DNA from: an uncultured virus (IMG/VR IMGVR_UViG_3300006467_000197)
Taxonomy: Duplodnaviria > Heunggongvirae > Uroviricota > Caudoviricetes
Length of the DNA stretch: 64,000 bases
Direction: 5' to 3' (one strand)
IMG/VR virus record: IMGVR_UViG_3300006467_000197
Shown here: piece by piece, positions 18,403 through 28,333 of the stretch
How the letters are laid out: the number at the start of each line of letters is the position of its first letter
Numbering within the stretch: the stretch's first letter is position 1
Position numbers and translations under genes: made by a program
Notes under the pieces: model-generated
Database searches by the model: none
What the model was told of the DNA's origin: nothing
What the model saw: only the letters and a program-made list of their open reading frames with translations

Positions 18403-20466
18403 TTAGACTTTCTTCTTGTGAGTTGAAATTTTACCGCCCTTGATGTCTTTCAAGGTATTTTGAATCTCTGCTTCTTTCGGGGCTTTGCCAGTCGGACACT
18501 CGAATGGGACAACAACCCAATCAACTACACCGTCATCTTTGGTGTAGCTGTCTTTCTTTTCTTGATAGACGGTTTCGCGATCAAAGTCGCCAAAAGCTGA
18601 ACCCCAATGACCATCTTGCTTAACGTACAGCATCCAGTATTTTTTCACGCGTGCTGCGGTCTCAACAGAAGCTTTGGCTTTCGATCTTGACTGAGCAATC
18701 TTGCGAGCCTTTGCCATTTCTTTCACGGAAGCTGGTTGCAGATATACGCCTTCTTGATTGAATATTGCTTTGACAGCAGCGTAACCCGTCTTATCACTGC
18801 CGATAAGGAACAGATTTGTGCTGCCCTTTTCCCCGCCTTTGCGCGTTACGCCGAAAGCAACCGGGTGCATTTCAGTAGTACGTACAATGATTGACGCAAT
18901 GCCTTTCTTGATTGCGCGGCGGTGCTTTGGGTCAGTAGAGCAACGGAATTGGATACCCGGACCATCTGCGGTCGGTTTTTTCAGTACGTCCGAACTCTTG
19001 AGACCTTTGGTGATCAACTCCAGCAAACCCTTCTTGGATTTGGCAATCTCAACCATGAGGATTTTTTCATTCTCCCAAGGTGAGTTGTCAGAAGCTGCAA
19101 TAGTGAGCGCGGACGCCGGTTCCATTTCTTTTTCCTTGGTGACAGGTGCATATACAGGATTACTGAGTTTCGGACCCGGAACATGGCCCTTCTTACCGAA
19201 CGCATTTTTCAAGGCGCGTAACAGGTCTTGAACAGGTTTGCTTTTGAGAGACAGGTCTTCCACATGCTTCTTGGCACGGAAATCTTTGAGCAGGGCAATG
19301 ACACCAGCAGCACGAAGCTTTTTGAACGCAAGGTTAACTTCTGAAAATTCAGCTTTACCCTTCGGATCATGCAGGGCTTCGTCGCGTTCTTTTGCAATAA
19401 CATTGTAGACTGCGCCAACTGCACGAGGGTCACCAGACTTGATTGCGTTGAGAATGTCACGACGCCAAGCCTTGAATATTTTGTTGACTTTGGCCTTGTT
19501 GTACTTCGGCTTGTTGTAGACCGGTTTCGAAATCCAGCGGTTATGGCGTACAGAGAACATACCGGCGCTTGCGACTTTTTTATCAAGCGGAAGGATGCCC
19601 GGTTCAACTTCGATGCCTTTGACACGAATGCCGCCGTACTTTTGTTGCCAGAGTTGGTTACGGTCACTGATGGCGCGTTTGTCGCTTTCACTCAGTGTAT
19701 TGGAAACAACAAGGTTGAGGTCGATGTCAGAGAATGATGAATAATTAAAGTTTGCTGTCGATCCTTTGAGCACAAGGTCTTTGATCTTCAGATGCTTCAG
19801 GAAGATGAACTTGATATACGCCTTGGCGATCTTTTCCAGCTTTTCTTTCACGTCTGGATACAAAACGCCTTCTGAATTGAATATTTTCGAATTCAGGTGG
19901 TTCTTGTACTTGATCGGAGACTTGGCTGTTTCTTCTTCGACTTCCGGCTTTACGGCGACCGGTTCTGCAGAAGCGTTTGTGCGGCTTGCCTTGTCACGAG
20001 CTTTCTTGAGCTTGTGCTGCCATTTTTCAATGTGCTTGTCGAATGTTGGGACAGCATCAAGGTGAGCTTGGCGCTTACCTTTGAAAATATGAGCGAGGTT
20101 CTTCATCTTGTCGATAGCTTGCTGCTGTTTATCGATCTTGAGCTGAAGGCGCTCTTTTTTCTTCGCATTGCGAGTACGGGACTTCTGACGCTCCAGTTTC
20201 TTGATACGTGTCAGGAAGCGTTGTGCTTGCTGGCCGTAATATTTAATACGTTCGCCAGCTTTCTTTGCTTTGAGGCGTTGAGCGTCTTGGCGCTTCTTAT
20301 AACCCTCAATCTTCTTTTGGGCTTTTTTCACGGGGTCGCCAAACAAGGCTTCTTCCGCTTCACTGCCGTTTGTTCCGACTGTCAGTGAAGACATAGCAAA
20401 CTCAGGCGGAGTCCCTGAGTTTGCTGCCTTCTTCGACGTTTCAAGGCGGCTGCGCTTTTTCGTCAT
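18403..20466 (-). CDS. Multidomain protein with pol-beta-type nucleotidyltransferase domain
   Basis: LKGSTANFNYSSFSDIDL (GS-x-DxD), GIEVE, FSV...WI.KP, EFSEVNLAFKKLR. Confidence 0.8.
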   Translation of the reverse strand: MTKKRSRLETSKKAANSGTPPEFAMSSLTVGTNGSEAEEALFGDPVKKAQKKIEGYKKRQDAQRLKAKKAGERIKYYGQQAQRFLTRIKKLERQKSRTRNAKKKERLQLKIDKQQQAIDKMKNLAHIFKGKRQAHLDAVPTFDKHIEKWQHKLKKARDKASRTNASAEPVAVKPEVEEETAKSPIKYKNHLNSKIFNSEGVLYPDVKEKLEKIAKAYIKFIFLKHLKIKDLVLKGSTANFNYSSFSDIDLNLVVSNTLSESDKRAISDRNQLWQQKYGGIRVKGIEVEPGILPLDKKVASAGMFSVRHNRWISKPVYNKPKYNKAKVNKIFKAWRRDILNAIKSGDPRAVGAVYNVIAKERDEALHDPKGKAEFSEVNLAFKKLRAAGVIALLKDFRAKKHVEDLSLKSKPVQDLLRALKNAFGKKGHVPGPKLSNPVYAPVTKEKEMEPASALTIAASDNSPWENEKILMVEIAKSKKGLLELITKGLKSSDVLKKPTADGPGIQFRCSTDPKHRRAIKKGIASIIVRTTEMHPVAFGVTRKGGEKGSTNLFLIGSDKTGYAAVKAIFNQEGVYLQPASVKEMAKARKIAQSRSKAKASVETAARVKKYWMLYVKQDGHWGSAFGDFDRETVYQEKKDSYTKDDGVVDWVVVPFECPTGKAPKEAEIQNTLKDIKGGKISTHKKKV

Positions 20467-20472
20467 GAATAA

Positions 20473-21507
20473 TCATCCCGTAACTGTTACAGAACGCACC
20501 TCCCCATGAGGTCCGCGTTCACAAGCTTTACGAACGACATTAGTAGTAATCTTGGTGAGTTTTTCAGGCATTTCCATTTTCGAGAACAAGTGTGCCACCG
20601 CCTCGGCAAACAACTCCTGCGGATTCTTGCGGGCGTATTCGGTAATGAGGATTTTGGAGTCTGACATTGGAACCGGAGTCGTAATCCAATAATCAGCCAA
20701 ATTCTCACCAGCGGCCATGAGTGCATCAAGTTCAGACGGCTTAACGTTCATTGTCTTGCAGACTGTAGACAGAACCTTTGAAAAATTACGCTTCTCATCT
20801 TCCTCAAGTTCTTTGCGGTAGGCTTTGACAGAACCAGCCTCTTCAAGCGCGGCTCGCATTTGCGTTACCTTTGTTGCGCTGATGTCCTGCATACTCAAAC
20901 CCTTACGATGCATCCTGATCCAACGTGCCTGCTCGTTTGGTTTCATATACAGGTTCCAGAAGTGGTGACCAATTTCATGAAATAAAATGTAGTCCCACGG
21001 CAGAGCATTGTCAGCAAGTTTGTCAGTGCAGGGTAGGAACAGAGTAATGAACTCGCCTTCGTCTTTCTTCATACCCCACGTACCTGCCGTCTTGGTCAGG
21101 CCGGGGCGAACCATAACTTGAATATTACGAATGTATTTCGAGAAACCGTAAGAGCGAGCAACTTTGCGGAGCTTGGAAATAGCCGAAAGGATTTGCTTTG
21201 TCTCACGCTCATCCATCCCGACCATATCAATGATCGGTAGTTTGAAGCACTTCGATTGCAGAGTTTGTGTGTAAGGCTCAACGTCAGCTTTGTAGACCTT
21301 ACCAAATGCAGGCTTTGGCCCGAGATTGGCCATAACCATGTCATGTGAAATTTCAGCCTCGTAGTCTTGATCACCAAACTTGGCTCGGCGTTCATCGCTC
21401 AGGATAATCCTGTACCCTGTATTTTTCAGTTTCAGAACCTTGGCGAGAACCGGCTTTGTCATGCCTTGCTCAAACACCATTACGAAATCGTCGCGTTCTA
21501 CGATCAT
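20473..21507 (-). CDS. Zinc metallopeptidase-domain protein
   Basis: LFHEIGHH (HEXXH) plus distal ITEYARKNPQELFAE. Confidence 0.8.
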   Translation of the reverse strand: MIVERDDFVMVFEQGMTKPVLAKVLKLKNTGYRIILSDERRAKFGDQDYEAEISHDMVMANLGPKPAFGKVYKADVEPYTQTLQSKCFKLPIIDMVGMDERETKQILSAISKLRKVARSYGFSKYIRNIQVMVRPGLTKTAGTWGMKKDEGEFITLFLPCTDKLADNALPWDYILFHEIGHHFWNLYMKPNEQARWIRMHRKGLSMQDISATKVTQMRAALEEAGSVKAYRKELEEDEKRNFSKVLSTVCKTMNVKPSELDALMAAGENLADYWITTPVPMSDSKILITEYARKNPQELFAEAVAHLFSKMEMPEKLTKITTNVVRKACERGPHGEVRSVTVTG

Positions 21508-22157
21508 TGTGCTTCTTCCTTTGCAACTCGTTCATTATGATCTTGCACAATAAACTTGAATAATTCACATGACTTCGGCCAGAAATCATCGTCCATATTG
21601 TTCGTGATTCCGTACTCACAGTGAATTTGATCAATCAGGGCCTCAGAAGAGTGGTCACTGGTGCGAGGTACGTGTGGATTGAAAATTCGTACCATGACTC
21701 CGCCGAGTTCTTTGATCAGCTTGGCTTCATTGTTTGGATAGCGAACGTCTGTCACAAACACAACAGGTGGTTCATAATGATTGAGGGATTTTTCAATATT
21801 ATATCGCGTGCTTTCGACCCAAGTGTCTTCAAAGACTCTTCGCACGGCATCTGTGCCAATACCCGTCATGACTTCCCGAATGGTGCAGAACGGATAACGA
21901 TCAAGCTTCATAGCCTTCTTCTCATTATCGTAAAAATAATGGATTGGAATATTATACATGATAGAGCAAGCGCGTTTCAGTGTATCACCGAACGCGTGCA
22001 TATGTACTTTGTCTGAGGTTGGTGTAAGCCAGTTCATCGGAACAGACTTTGGCATGTCTCCCATAAACTCTTTGATTATTTCAGCAAATGTGTCTTTGCC
22101 TGATCCTTTGTAGCCGGTAACTCCGATCAACAAAGGCTTTTTTATTTCAATATTCAC
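21504..22157 (-). CDS. Deoxynucleoside monophosphate kinase
   Basis: IGVTGYKGSGKDT, AFGDTLK, GTDAVR, VTDVRY..E, HSSE. Confidence 0.92.
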   Translation of the reverse strand: MNIEIKKPLLIGVTGYKGSGKDTFAEIIKEFMGDMPKSVPMNWLTPTSDKVHMHAFGDTLKRACSIMYNIPIHYFYDNEKKAMKLDRYPFCTIREVMTGIGTDAVRRVFEDTWVESTRYNIEKSLNHYEPPVVFVTDVRYPNNEAKLIKELGGVMVRIFNPHVPRTSDHSSEALIDQIHCEYGITNNMDDDFWPKSCELFKFIVQDHNERVAKEEAQ

Positions 22158-22200
22158 GCAAGCCTCCTGTGTAATAGCTCGCGTGTGTGTTTAACGCATA

Positions 22201-22302
22201 GAAAAACCCCGCAAGACGGACGTTAATTTCCATCTTGCGGGGTTCAGCCAGAAGCGCAGGGTAGGTAGGGGGAGTGGCAGAACGCTTCTGACGTATTTCA
22301 GT
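22201..22302 (-). ncRNA. Candidate small RNA: hairpin with C-rich loop plus terminator
   Basis: CAGAAGCG/CGCTTCTG stem around TTCTGCCACTCCCCCTACCTACCCTG; 12-bp terminator stem with U-tract. Confidence 0.45.
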
Positions 22303-22311
22303 GTTTACCGG

Positions 22312-22746
22312 TTAGACCATCTGGTAAGACACGTAAGCCCAAAAGTCTGTATCAGCGTCTCCGCCAGACCATTGAATATTTCCGTACAAGTTACCAAGCA
22401 CAGTCTCGAAGTTGTAGACACCGGCAGCTGTAACACCTGCTTTGGTATAGACGTTCGCTGCGGGAGAGGCAGCTCCGGGATAGTCTTGCCAAGGAACCTG
22501 ACCAGAACCATCAGGATTAATTGCAGGGCGAACACGAAATTTCACGGTTGCACCGCTCAGATTGCCATACACTGTAAGTGACTTCCAAGCCACGGCTTCC
22601 GGACATATGAAATTTCCGTGGTTGCCATCGGGCTTGTTGATAATGTTTGCCGGAATGTCGCTAGGGTCCAGCGTGCCTTTGACATGGATCAAACGTTGCT
22701 GTGTATTCGGCACCGTCTGCGTATTGAAACCTGTATAGATTTCCAT
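22312..22746 (-). CDS. Beta-rich protein, possible virion component
   Basis: GGAGA RBS; Gly/Thr/Asn-rich; VYGNLSGATVKF...W pattern. Confidence 0.7.
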   Translation of the reverse strand: MEIYTGFNTQTVPNTQQRLIHVKGTLDPSDIPANIINKPDGNHGNFICPEAVAWKSLTVYGNLSGATVKFRVRPAINPDGSGQVPWQDYPGAASPAANVYTKAGVTAAGVYNFETVLGNLYGNIQWSGGDADTDFWAYVSYQMV

Positions 22747-22760
22747 GAATAATTCTCCAG

Positions 22761-25031
22761 TTACTTCGGACGAACCGAACGAGTGTTTCGATACATGTTA
22801 GGACGACCTGACGTTCCAAACAGGATTAGGCGTACACTCTTCATATCGATGTTTGGGTTATCACGCTTCCTGATTTGGCGGTATGCCGTGATGCGCTCTT
22901 TTTCGTTGGTAATTTTTTCTACCACTTTGTGGATCAGTTCTGAATATTTAGCACGATCAATCGGATTGAGGTCTTTGCCTTGTTTCGTGATCTGATACCA
23001 CACACCGCTACACGCCAACCGGTCTATGTAGTTAATTTTCCAATCACTATTTTCCGGATACGATAGGATCATACCGACATAGCCTTGATTGGATTCAGAC
23101 AGCCTGTCATAATACTTCTTGATGTTGCTCGGAACTTTGACGTTCTTCTTCAATGGCCTGTACTTGTTACTCAAAACACTGAGAATTTTCTTGATGTATT
23201 CCTCACGGAACATATTTTCATCAAGTGCCGCCGCAATTGCCAGAATAATGCGAGCAATAGATTGTTTAACTTTGGCGAACTCTTTCTCATACCCTTCGTT
23301 ACCCGCGAAACGGAACTCAATGTAGTTCTCTTTCAATTTGGTATAGTTCGCAGTTGAATATTTAGCTGCAGTCTTGACCATAGCTTTCTGTAAGCTTTGT
23401 CTAATTTTGTCCAAACCCATTGCGTGGATTTGCTTTGGGTCCATTGTCAGAACGTCTTGCAAGTTATCTGCTCGGGAAAGGCGTTCCAACACTTTATCAG
23501 CAAACGTATTACCGTCGCGATTGAACAAGTCGAGTAGGTAATCTTCGCCAAGAAACACTGCTAGCTTGAATAAATCCAGTTCTTTATAAGAGGGAACGTC
23601 CTCAACGGCGCCAGCCATTTGTGTTGTGAACGTCCCAACGTTGATGTGTAGGCCGGTAGTCTCATTCGTATGCAAGCCGTATGAATTTTTAATCAAGTCA
23701 AACATACGCTCAAGCCACTCCATAGCTTCTACCAGACCACTACGGCCCTTGAACACTACAGAACGGATTTCACCGCCAACAGGATTAAGGGAAGAGTCTT
23801 CGTCTACAGACTCAACACCATCTTCGTCTTCAAACACTTCCTGAACTTGCTCAAGAGCATAATACTGGTCCCCTGAATATTCCATTTCAAGCTCTTGTCG
23901 AATGTCTTCCCTGAGTTGGTTATATTTGTCATCGACAATTTCTTGAACAGCGTCATCGAATTCACTTTCGAGAATCGCATTAACGTCATCGATGCAATAA
24001 CTGGCAATGTGCTCGATCACTTCATCAAGGTCCGCCTCCTCTGAATAATCAGGTTTGGTGTTGTCATTCTCATCAGCGTCGTAGAACTCCAACAACTTAA
24101 TGGCCTTGCCACCAGATGGAATTGCCATGATCTTGCTTTGATGGGACGGAAAAATCATAGCTTGATTAATATGTATCATCATGGAATTGACGCGCCAGAC
24201 TGTATCATTCTCATCGTATACGCCAGCTTTGTACTTTTCAGCCTGCGGAGTGCCTTTGTAGTCCAAGGTGTTGATGTCAAGCAAATCCGGGTACTTCGTC
24301 ATTTCTGAATATTTATCGTACAGACTTTGTATCTCTTTCAGATATGATGGTTCAGCAGGAGCAGTACGAATAGCCTTGTAGAAACTGGCATCGCCTAACT
24401 TGCCAGCCAGTTTATCTGAAATATCAACAATCATGTTTTCACGCGGCTTGCGAAGCTCTGCCATCATATCCCGGCACTCTGCAGCGAGAGCGAGCCGCTT
24501 CATCGATTCATTCTCACGGGTATACATCTGGACCTGATTCGGGTCCATCATTTCTGACATTATTGAATAATAATTATACAGGTTAGGCGGAAGCTGGCCA
24601 TTCAAGCAACGCTTCATAAGGTACAGCGCCGTCATCCCAAACGCGAACATCGGATCGGCCCAGCCATACTTTGGCTTTACAAAATATGCTTTGTCGGCTT
24701 GGGTGAAGAAGTCGTGTATCGACATTCCAGACATGAAATTTTCAGTTGTCTTGAGGCGATCCTCTAAGTCGTCCTGTTCGATACTATGCTCAACGTCAAC
24801 TTCATCGTAAGCGTTCATTCTAACGGTTTCTTCGTCCCAATTTTCATTGAAACGTTCATCGATCATGTAGTCTTCAACTTCACCACGTTCTGCACTGACT
24901 TCGAGTTCGAACCCGATTGAAAAATTCTGCCATAGCTTAACGTGGGTCTTCTTACCTTTGGTCAATCGATCAAGGTCTTTGCTGGTAAGGTTCTTTCGAG
25001 CGACTTCCAACAGCCGTGCTAGATCATCCAT
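22761..25031 (-). CDS. Putative amidoligase (phage COOH-NH2 ligase type) with large insertion
   Basis: IGFELEV, EDSSL...GEIRS, TNETTGLHINVG, YIEFRFAGN. Confidence 0.85.
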   Translation of the reverse strand: MDDLARLLEVARKNLTSKDLDRLTKGKKTHVKLWQNFSIGFELEVSAERGEVEDYMIDERFNENWDEETVRMNAYDEVDVEHSIEQDDLEDRLKTTENFMSGMSIHDFFTQADKAYFVKPKYGWADPMFAFGMTALYLMKRCLNGQLPPNLYNYYSIMSEMMDPNQVQMYTRENESMKRLALAAECRDMMAELRKPRENMIVDISDKLAGKLGDASFYKAIRTAPAEPSYLKEIQSLYDKYSEMTKYPDLLDINTLDYKGTPQAEKYKAGVYDENDTVWRVNSMMIHINQAMIFPSHQSKIMAIPSGGKAIKLLEFYDADENDNTKPDYSEEADLDEVIEHIASYCIDDVNAILESEFDDAVQEIVDDKYNQLREDIRQELEMEYSGDQYYALEQVQEVFEDEDGVESVDEDSSLNPVGGEIRSVVFKGRSGLVEAMEWLERMFDLIKNSYGLHTNETTGLHINVGTFTTQMAGAVEDVPSYKELDLFKLAVFLGEDYLLDLFNRDGNTFADKVLERLSRADNLQDVLTMDPKQIHAMGLDKIRQSLQKAMVKTAAKYSTANYTKLKENYIEFRFAGNEGYEKEFAKVKQSIARIILAIAAALDENMFREEYIKKILSVLSNKYRPLKKNVKVPSNIKKYYDRLSESNQGYVGMILSYPENSDWKINYIDRLACSGVWYQITKQGKDLNPIDRAKYSELIHKVVEKITNEKERITAYRQIRKRDNPNIDMKSVRLILFGTSGRPNMYRNTRSVRPK

Positions 25032-25084
25032 GTTCGGAATCCTGTAAGGTTACAGGGAGTGTTAGTATCGGATCGTAATTTTCA

Positions 25085-25100
25085 TTTTACCATGGTAAAA
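25085..25100. promoter_or_regulatory. Palindrome TTTTACCATGGTAAAA (copy 1)
   Basis: Perfect inverted repeat with the same core at 31991, 36960 and 46932. Confidence 0.75.
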
Positions 25101-25129
25101 GGGCGAAGCCGTTTCCAGCTTCGCCCTTT
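25097..25129. terminator. Intrinsic terminator
   Basis: AAAGGGCGAAGC/GCTTCGCCCTTT 12-bp stem. Confidence 0.75.
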
Positions 25130-25161
25130 CCTGACCAGTGAAAAGAATTACGGCAAAAGAT

Positions 25162-25452
25162 TTATTCAGAGTCGGGAGTTTCCTCTGCATCCGTCTCTGC
25201 CGGAGCTTCACCAGCCAGCTCTGCCTCGGTTGCATCACCCACCGCAACTTCAGCAGTTTCTTCAACTGGCTCCACAGCCGGTTGAATATTCGGTTCAGCC
25301 GAAAGGCTGATTGAATCATGTTCAGAAGGCAGGGTATTCGGATTACCATTCCCGCCGTTGTGCTCATGACGCTTGTCGCACGCCGCCAGTGTCAGAACGA
25401 AGGCCGCAGCAATCGCCAGACGCGCAGTATTTGAAAAGAAATTATTTTTCAT
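25162..25452 (-). CDS. Acidic lipoprotein
   Basis: Signal peptide with lipobox LAAC; GGAGA RBS. Confidence 0.8.
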   Translation of the reverse strand: MKNNFFSNTARLAIAAAFVLTLAACDKRHEHNGGNGNPNTLPSEHDSISLSAEPNIQPAVEPVEETAEVAVGDATEAELAGEAPAETDAEETPDSE

Positions 25453-25514
25453 AGTTTTCTCCATAGGATGCAGCCCTTCGGCCATAGATAGGTTTACTCT
25501 ATCGAACGTTCAAG

Positions 25515-26609
25515 TCAATCGTTTGTTATAGGTGGGGGCGACGGAGGCGGAGGCGGCGGTACTCGCCCCTCTGGCGGATTACCATTGTGTCCAGCAACTG
25601 GTTTTCTTTTTTCATGTTTTGGCTGTGACTTAGGACGCCTTGGAGTAGATGGAACATAATTTTCAGAATCGGTAACGTGACCTTTGCGGCGACGGCGGGG
25701 TGCTCCACTACCTCCCTTTGGCGGAGGGGGTTGGTTGAGTATAACGGTTTTCTTCATAGGCTTTGAGTCTTTCGACATAAAGCCAATTACGACTCTATCC
25801 GAAGTGTTTCCTTCTCTCAAGAAATAATCCTCATAGTCTTTTGAAAATTTCTTTTGCGGTACGCCGCTTTGCTGCGGAGGAGAAGGGACACGAGTTAATT
25901 CTTCGATTACCATTTCCAAAGGTTTTTTCAATTTGCGTTGAATACGCTTAAGCTCTGCCTTACCCGATCCAGTTGGTTTGGCTACGCCCTTACGGTTAAT
26001 CTTGATTAACCCTCTTTCCATAAGTCGAATTGCATTATGGGCAGGCAGTCGCCTAGATGCCTTGTACACTGAAAATAAAGCCTGTACATCACCCTCGTAC
26101 AAAGATGAATGAGGGAACCTCTTTGCAACTTTTGATTCGCGTACAGAATAAGGCATGTTAAGCGCTTCTGCGAGTTGGCGCGGTGATAATACTCCCGGCG
26201 AAGACGGGACAAGCCTAACGAGCAAATCATGGCTATCTTTATCAATGCTGTGCTGTATAGCACCTTCCATGCTGGATATAGTAGGTATAAGACCAATAAT
26301 CAGTATCAAGGCTTCCTTCATAGCCTTATTGTTGTGTTGAATCATTTTTTCATATTCATCAAGGAAACTCCTAGCCTTTGCCAACTCTTCGCGCTCGCCA
26401 TCGATAGTCGAACGCATAAGAGCTTTCTCTTCACGCAAGCTCTCCAGTTCTTGTTTGGCTTGATCCAATTCGGCACGGAGTCTTAACGTGACGCTTTTTT
26501 CAAGTTCTGACGTGACGCCTTTGTTGCGGTCTTCTCTCGGAGTCCGGTGAGTAGGTTGCATTGTTACCGTGAAGAACTCCGGTACGCCTAGATGAGTTGA
26601 ATAATTCAT
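25515..26609 (-). CDS. Hypothetical protein (coiled coil, winged-helix-like segment, Pro-rich tail)
   Basis: 364 aa ORF; LMERGLI...PTGSGK; PPPPPSPPP. Confidence 0.75.
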   Translation of the reverse strand: MNYSTHLGVPEFFTVTMQPTHRTPREDRNKGVTSELEKSVTLRLRAELDQAKQELESLREEKALMRSTIDGEREELAKARSFLDEYEKMIQHNNKAMKEALILIIGLIPTISSMEGAIQHSIDKDSHDLLVRLVPSSPGVLSPRQLAEALNMPYSVRESKVAKRFPHSSLYEGDVQALFSVYKASRRLPAHNAIRLMERGLIKINRKGVAKPTGSGKAELKRIQRKLKKPLEMVIEELTRVPSPPQQSGVPQKKFSKDYEDYFLREGNTSDRVVIGFMSKDSKPMKKTVILNQPPPPKGGSGAPRRRRKGHVTDSENYVPSTPRRPKSQPKHEKRKPVAGHNGNPPEGRVPPPPPPSPPPITND

Positions 26610-26986
26610 GATGACCTCCTGATCATTTCCTTCAGGGTTGGGTCAAGAGGAACTGAATAATGAACCTTTTTATCCTTGACCAAGGCAGCATGTTCCTTGA
26701 TGTCAGGAAACTTATCTTTGATATGCTTGGGTACATGGTCCCATGCATGAGCAGCACGCGTCGCAGCCAGAGAACCAAGTGGACCATTTTCTACAATATC
26801 GTGAACGAAACAAAAGTGAAGCCGTGCAGCAATATTCACTAGCCGCTTCTCTTCTTCTCGCTTTATACGTTCAAGTTCAAGTTTTGTTGACGCGAGTTCT
26901 TTATTCAATTGATCGAGTTCTTCTTGCATCGCTTGAATGGAATCGACACGGACACGCTTTGTTTCGTACTTTTTCTTGGTTCCCAT
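26606..26986 (-). CDS. Hypothetical protein
   Basis: AAGGA RBS, coupled to next gene. Confidence 0.75.
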   Translation of the reverse strand: MGTKKKYETKRVRVDSIQAMQEELDQLNKELASTKLELERIKREEEKRLVNIAARLHFCFVHDIVENGPLGSLAATRAAHAWDHVPKHIKDKFPDIKEHAALVKDKKVHYSVPLDPTLKEMIRRSS

Positions 26987-27001
26987 TTTTCAATCCTTTG
27001 A

Positions 27002-27355
27002 TTAACGAAGACGTTCTTTTGGCGTGATCTTCATTTCTTCCTTAAGCTGAGCTTTGTTACGGAGCCCTTTCTTAATCTTGATTTCCAGCTGCCATTCAAG
27101 GATCGACAGAACGGTGTTCATGGTTGCAAGGAAGGAAGCAAAAGCTCCAGCAACCATCAATACAATCACAACTACTGGATTAACCACCCAGCTCTTAATT
27201 GTTATTTCAGGGATAACAATTTTGTTCGGCGGCATTCTAGACATTAGCCATATTGTCAGGGCGATTAAAGCAAGGGAAAGTAAAGCCCCTGAAGCTATAC
27301 CATAAGCCCGCTTGAACTCGGCCATAGTTGGCAATTGCAGTTTACGATTTTTCAT
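27002..27355 (-). CDS. Membrane protein (2 TM)
   Basis: Two hydrophobic segments; start moved to MKNRKL. Confidence 0.7.
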   Translation of the reverse strand: MKNRKLQLPTMAEFKRAYGIASGALLSLALIALTIWLMSRMPPNKIVIPEITIKSWVVNPVVVIVLMVAGAFASFLATMNTVLSILEWQLEIKIKKGLRNKAQLKEEMKITPKERLR

Positions 27356-27900
27356 GGGAACTGCTTCCCATCTTCCTTGGCTTGTTTGATCCGAGCTTTG
27401 ACATGATCCATGTTTGATCGACACCAGCGGTAAAGTCTGTTTATTTCATGTAATGCGGCTAAAGTGGTTACCGAAACCACCCCGGAGAATACGGTTGCCA
27501 TGCCAACCCCGACCTTGAATGACTGACTTACTTCCTGAAACCCTGTGCTTACCATAACAGCCAAGGCACCTATAGTAACGGTTGTGGTAATAGAAATAAC
27601 AAGGGCAATTTTCAAAGAAGATACAATCGGTGAGACTTTTACATCGGCAAGATGGTCAAGTTCGTTTACGTACAAACTATCACGAATAGCCCGCATCCGC
27701 TCGTGCGAAATGTCAGTCTTGAAAAAATCAGGAAATTGCTTACGCAATGAAGTGAGTAGCTGATTAGCTGCTTCATCGGTATTAACAACTGCCGTTACTG
27801 TACCGTCTTTATGAAACTGATACGGACCGACTTGAATAAAAGCTAAATCCAATGAACCAACTTTCATCAAGTTAAGGCCATTCTCTGTAACATCGCTCAT
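27352..27900 (-). CDS. Membrane protein (2 TM)
   Basis: Start MSDVTEN overlaps upstream TAA; two hydrophobic segments. Confidence 0.7.
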   Translation of the reverse strand: MSDVTENGLNLMKVGSLDLAFIQVGPYQFHKDGTVTAVVNTDEAANQLLTSLRKQFPDFFKTDISHERMRAIRDSLYVNELDHLADVKVSPIVSSLKIALVISITTTVTIGALAVMVSTGFQEVSQSFKVGVGMATVFSGVVSVTTLAALHEINRLYRWCRSNMDHVKARIKQAKEDGKQFP

Positions 27901-28319
27901 TACTGGTTCCCTTCTCGTGCTGCGGCTTGTGCTGCCCACTCAGCTTCTTGTTTAGCGCGGCGAGCTTTCCACTCTGCAATGTACTTCTCATATTCTTTTG
28001 CTCCGACTTTCACGCCATACAAGCAAGCGCAATATTCATGGTCAGAACCTTCATACGAATACAGGTAGACTTGACGACAACCTGACTCACACGTCTCATA
28101 GCTTCCGCCAGCTCCCGGACCAGAACAGCGACGGCCTTGCGTTGCCGCAATCTGATCTGAAAAATTATTCAAGTCGAACGGTGCAGGGTTTTGCGGCCCG
28201 TAGTCTTGGTTCAAAACTTCCTTTGCTTTGCAGACAGCTTCCTCAGAAGTCTGATACAATTGTGCAGAGGCTGGCACGACCAGAGCAACTGCAGCGAGAA
28301 TCATTGCTGAATATTTCAT
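27900..28319 (-). CDS. Secreted Cys-rich protein
   Basis: Signal peptide ending ASA-Q; six Cys. Confidence 0.75.
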   Translation of the reverse strand: MKYSAMILAAVALVVPASAQLYQTSEEAVCKAKEVLNQDYGPQNPAPFDLNNFSDQIAATQGRRCSGPGAGGSYETCESGCRQVYLYSYEGSDHEYCACLYGVKVGAKEYEKYIAEWKARRAKQEAEWAAQAAAREGNQ

Positions 28320-28333
28320 AGTTCTTTCCTTTG

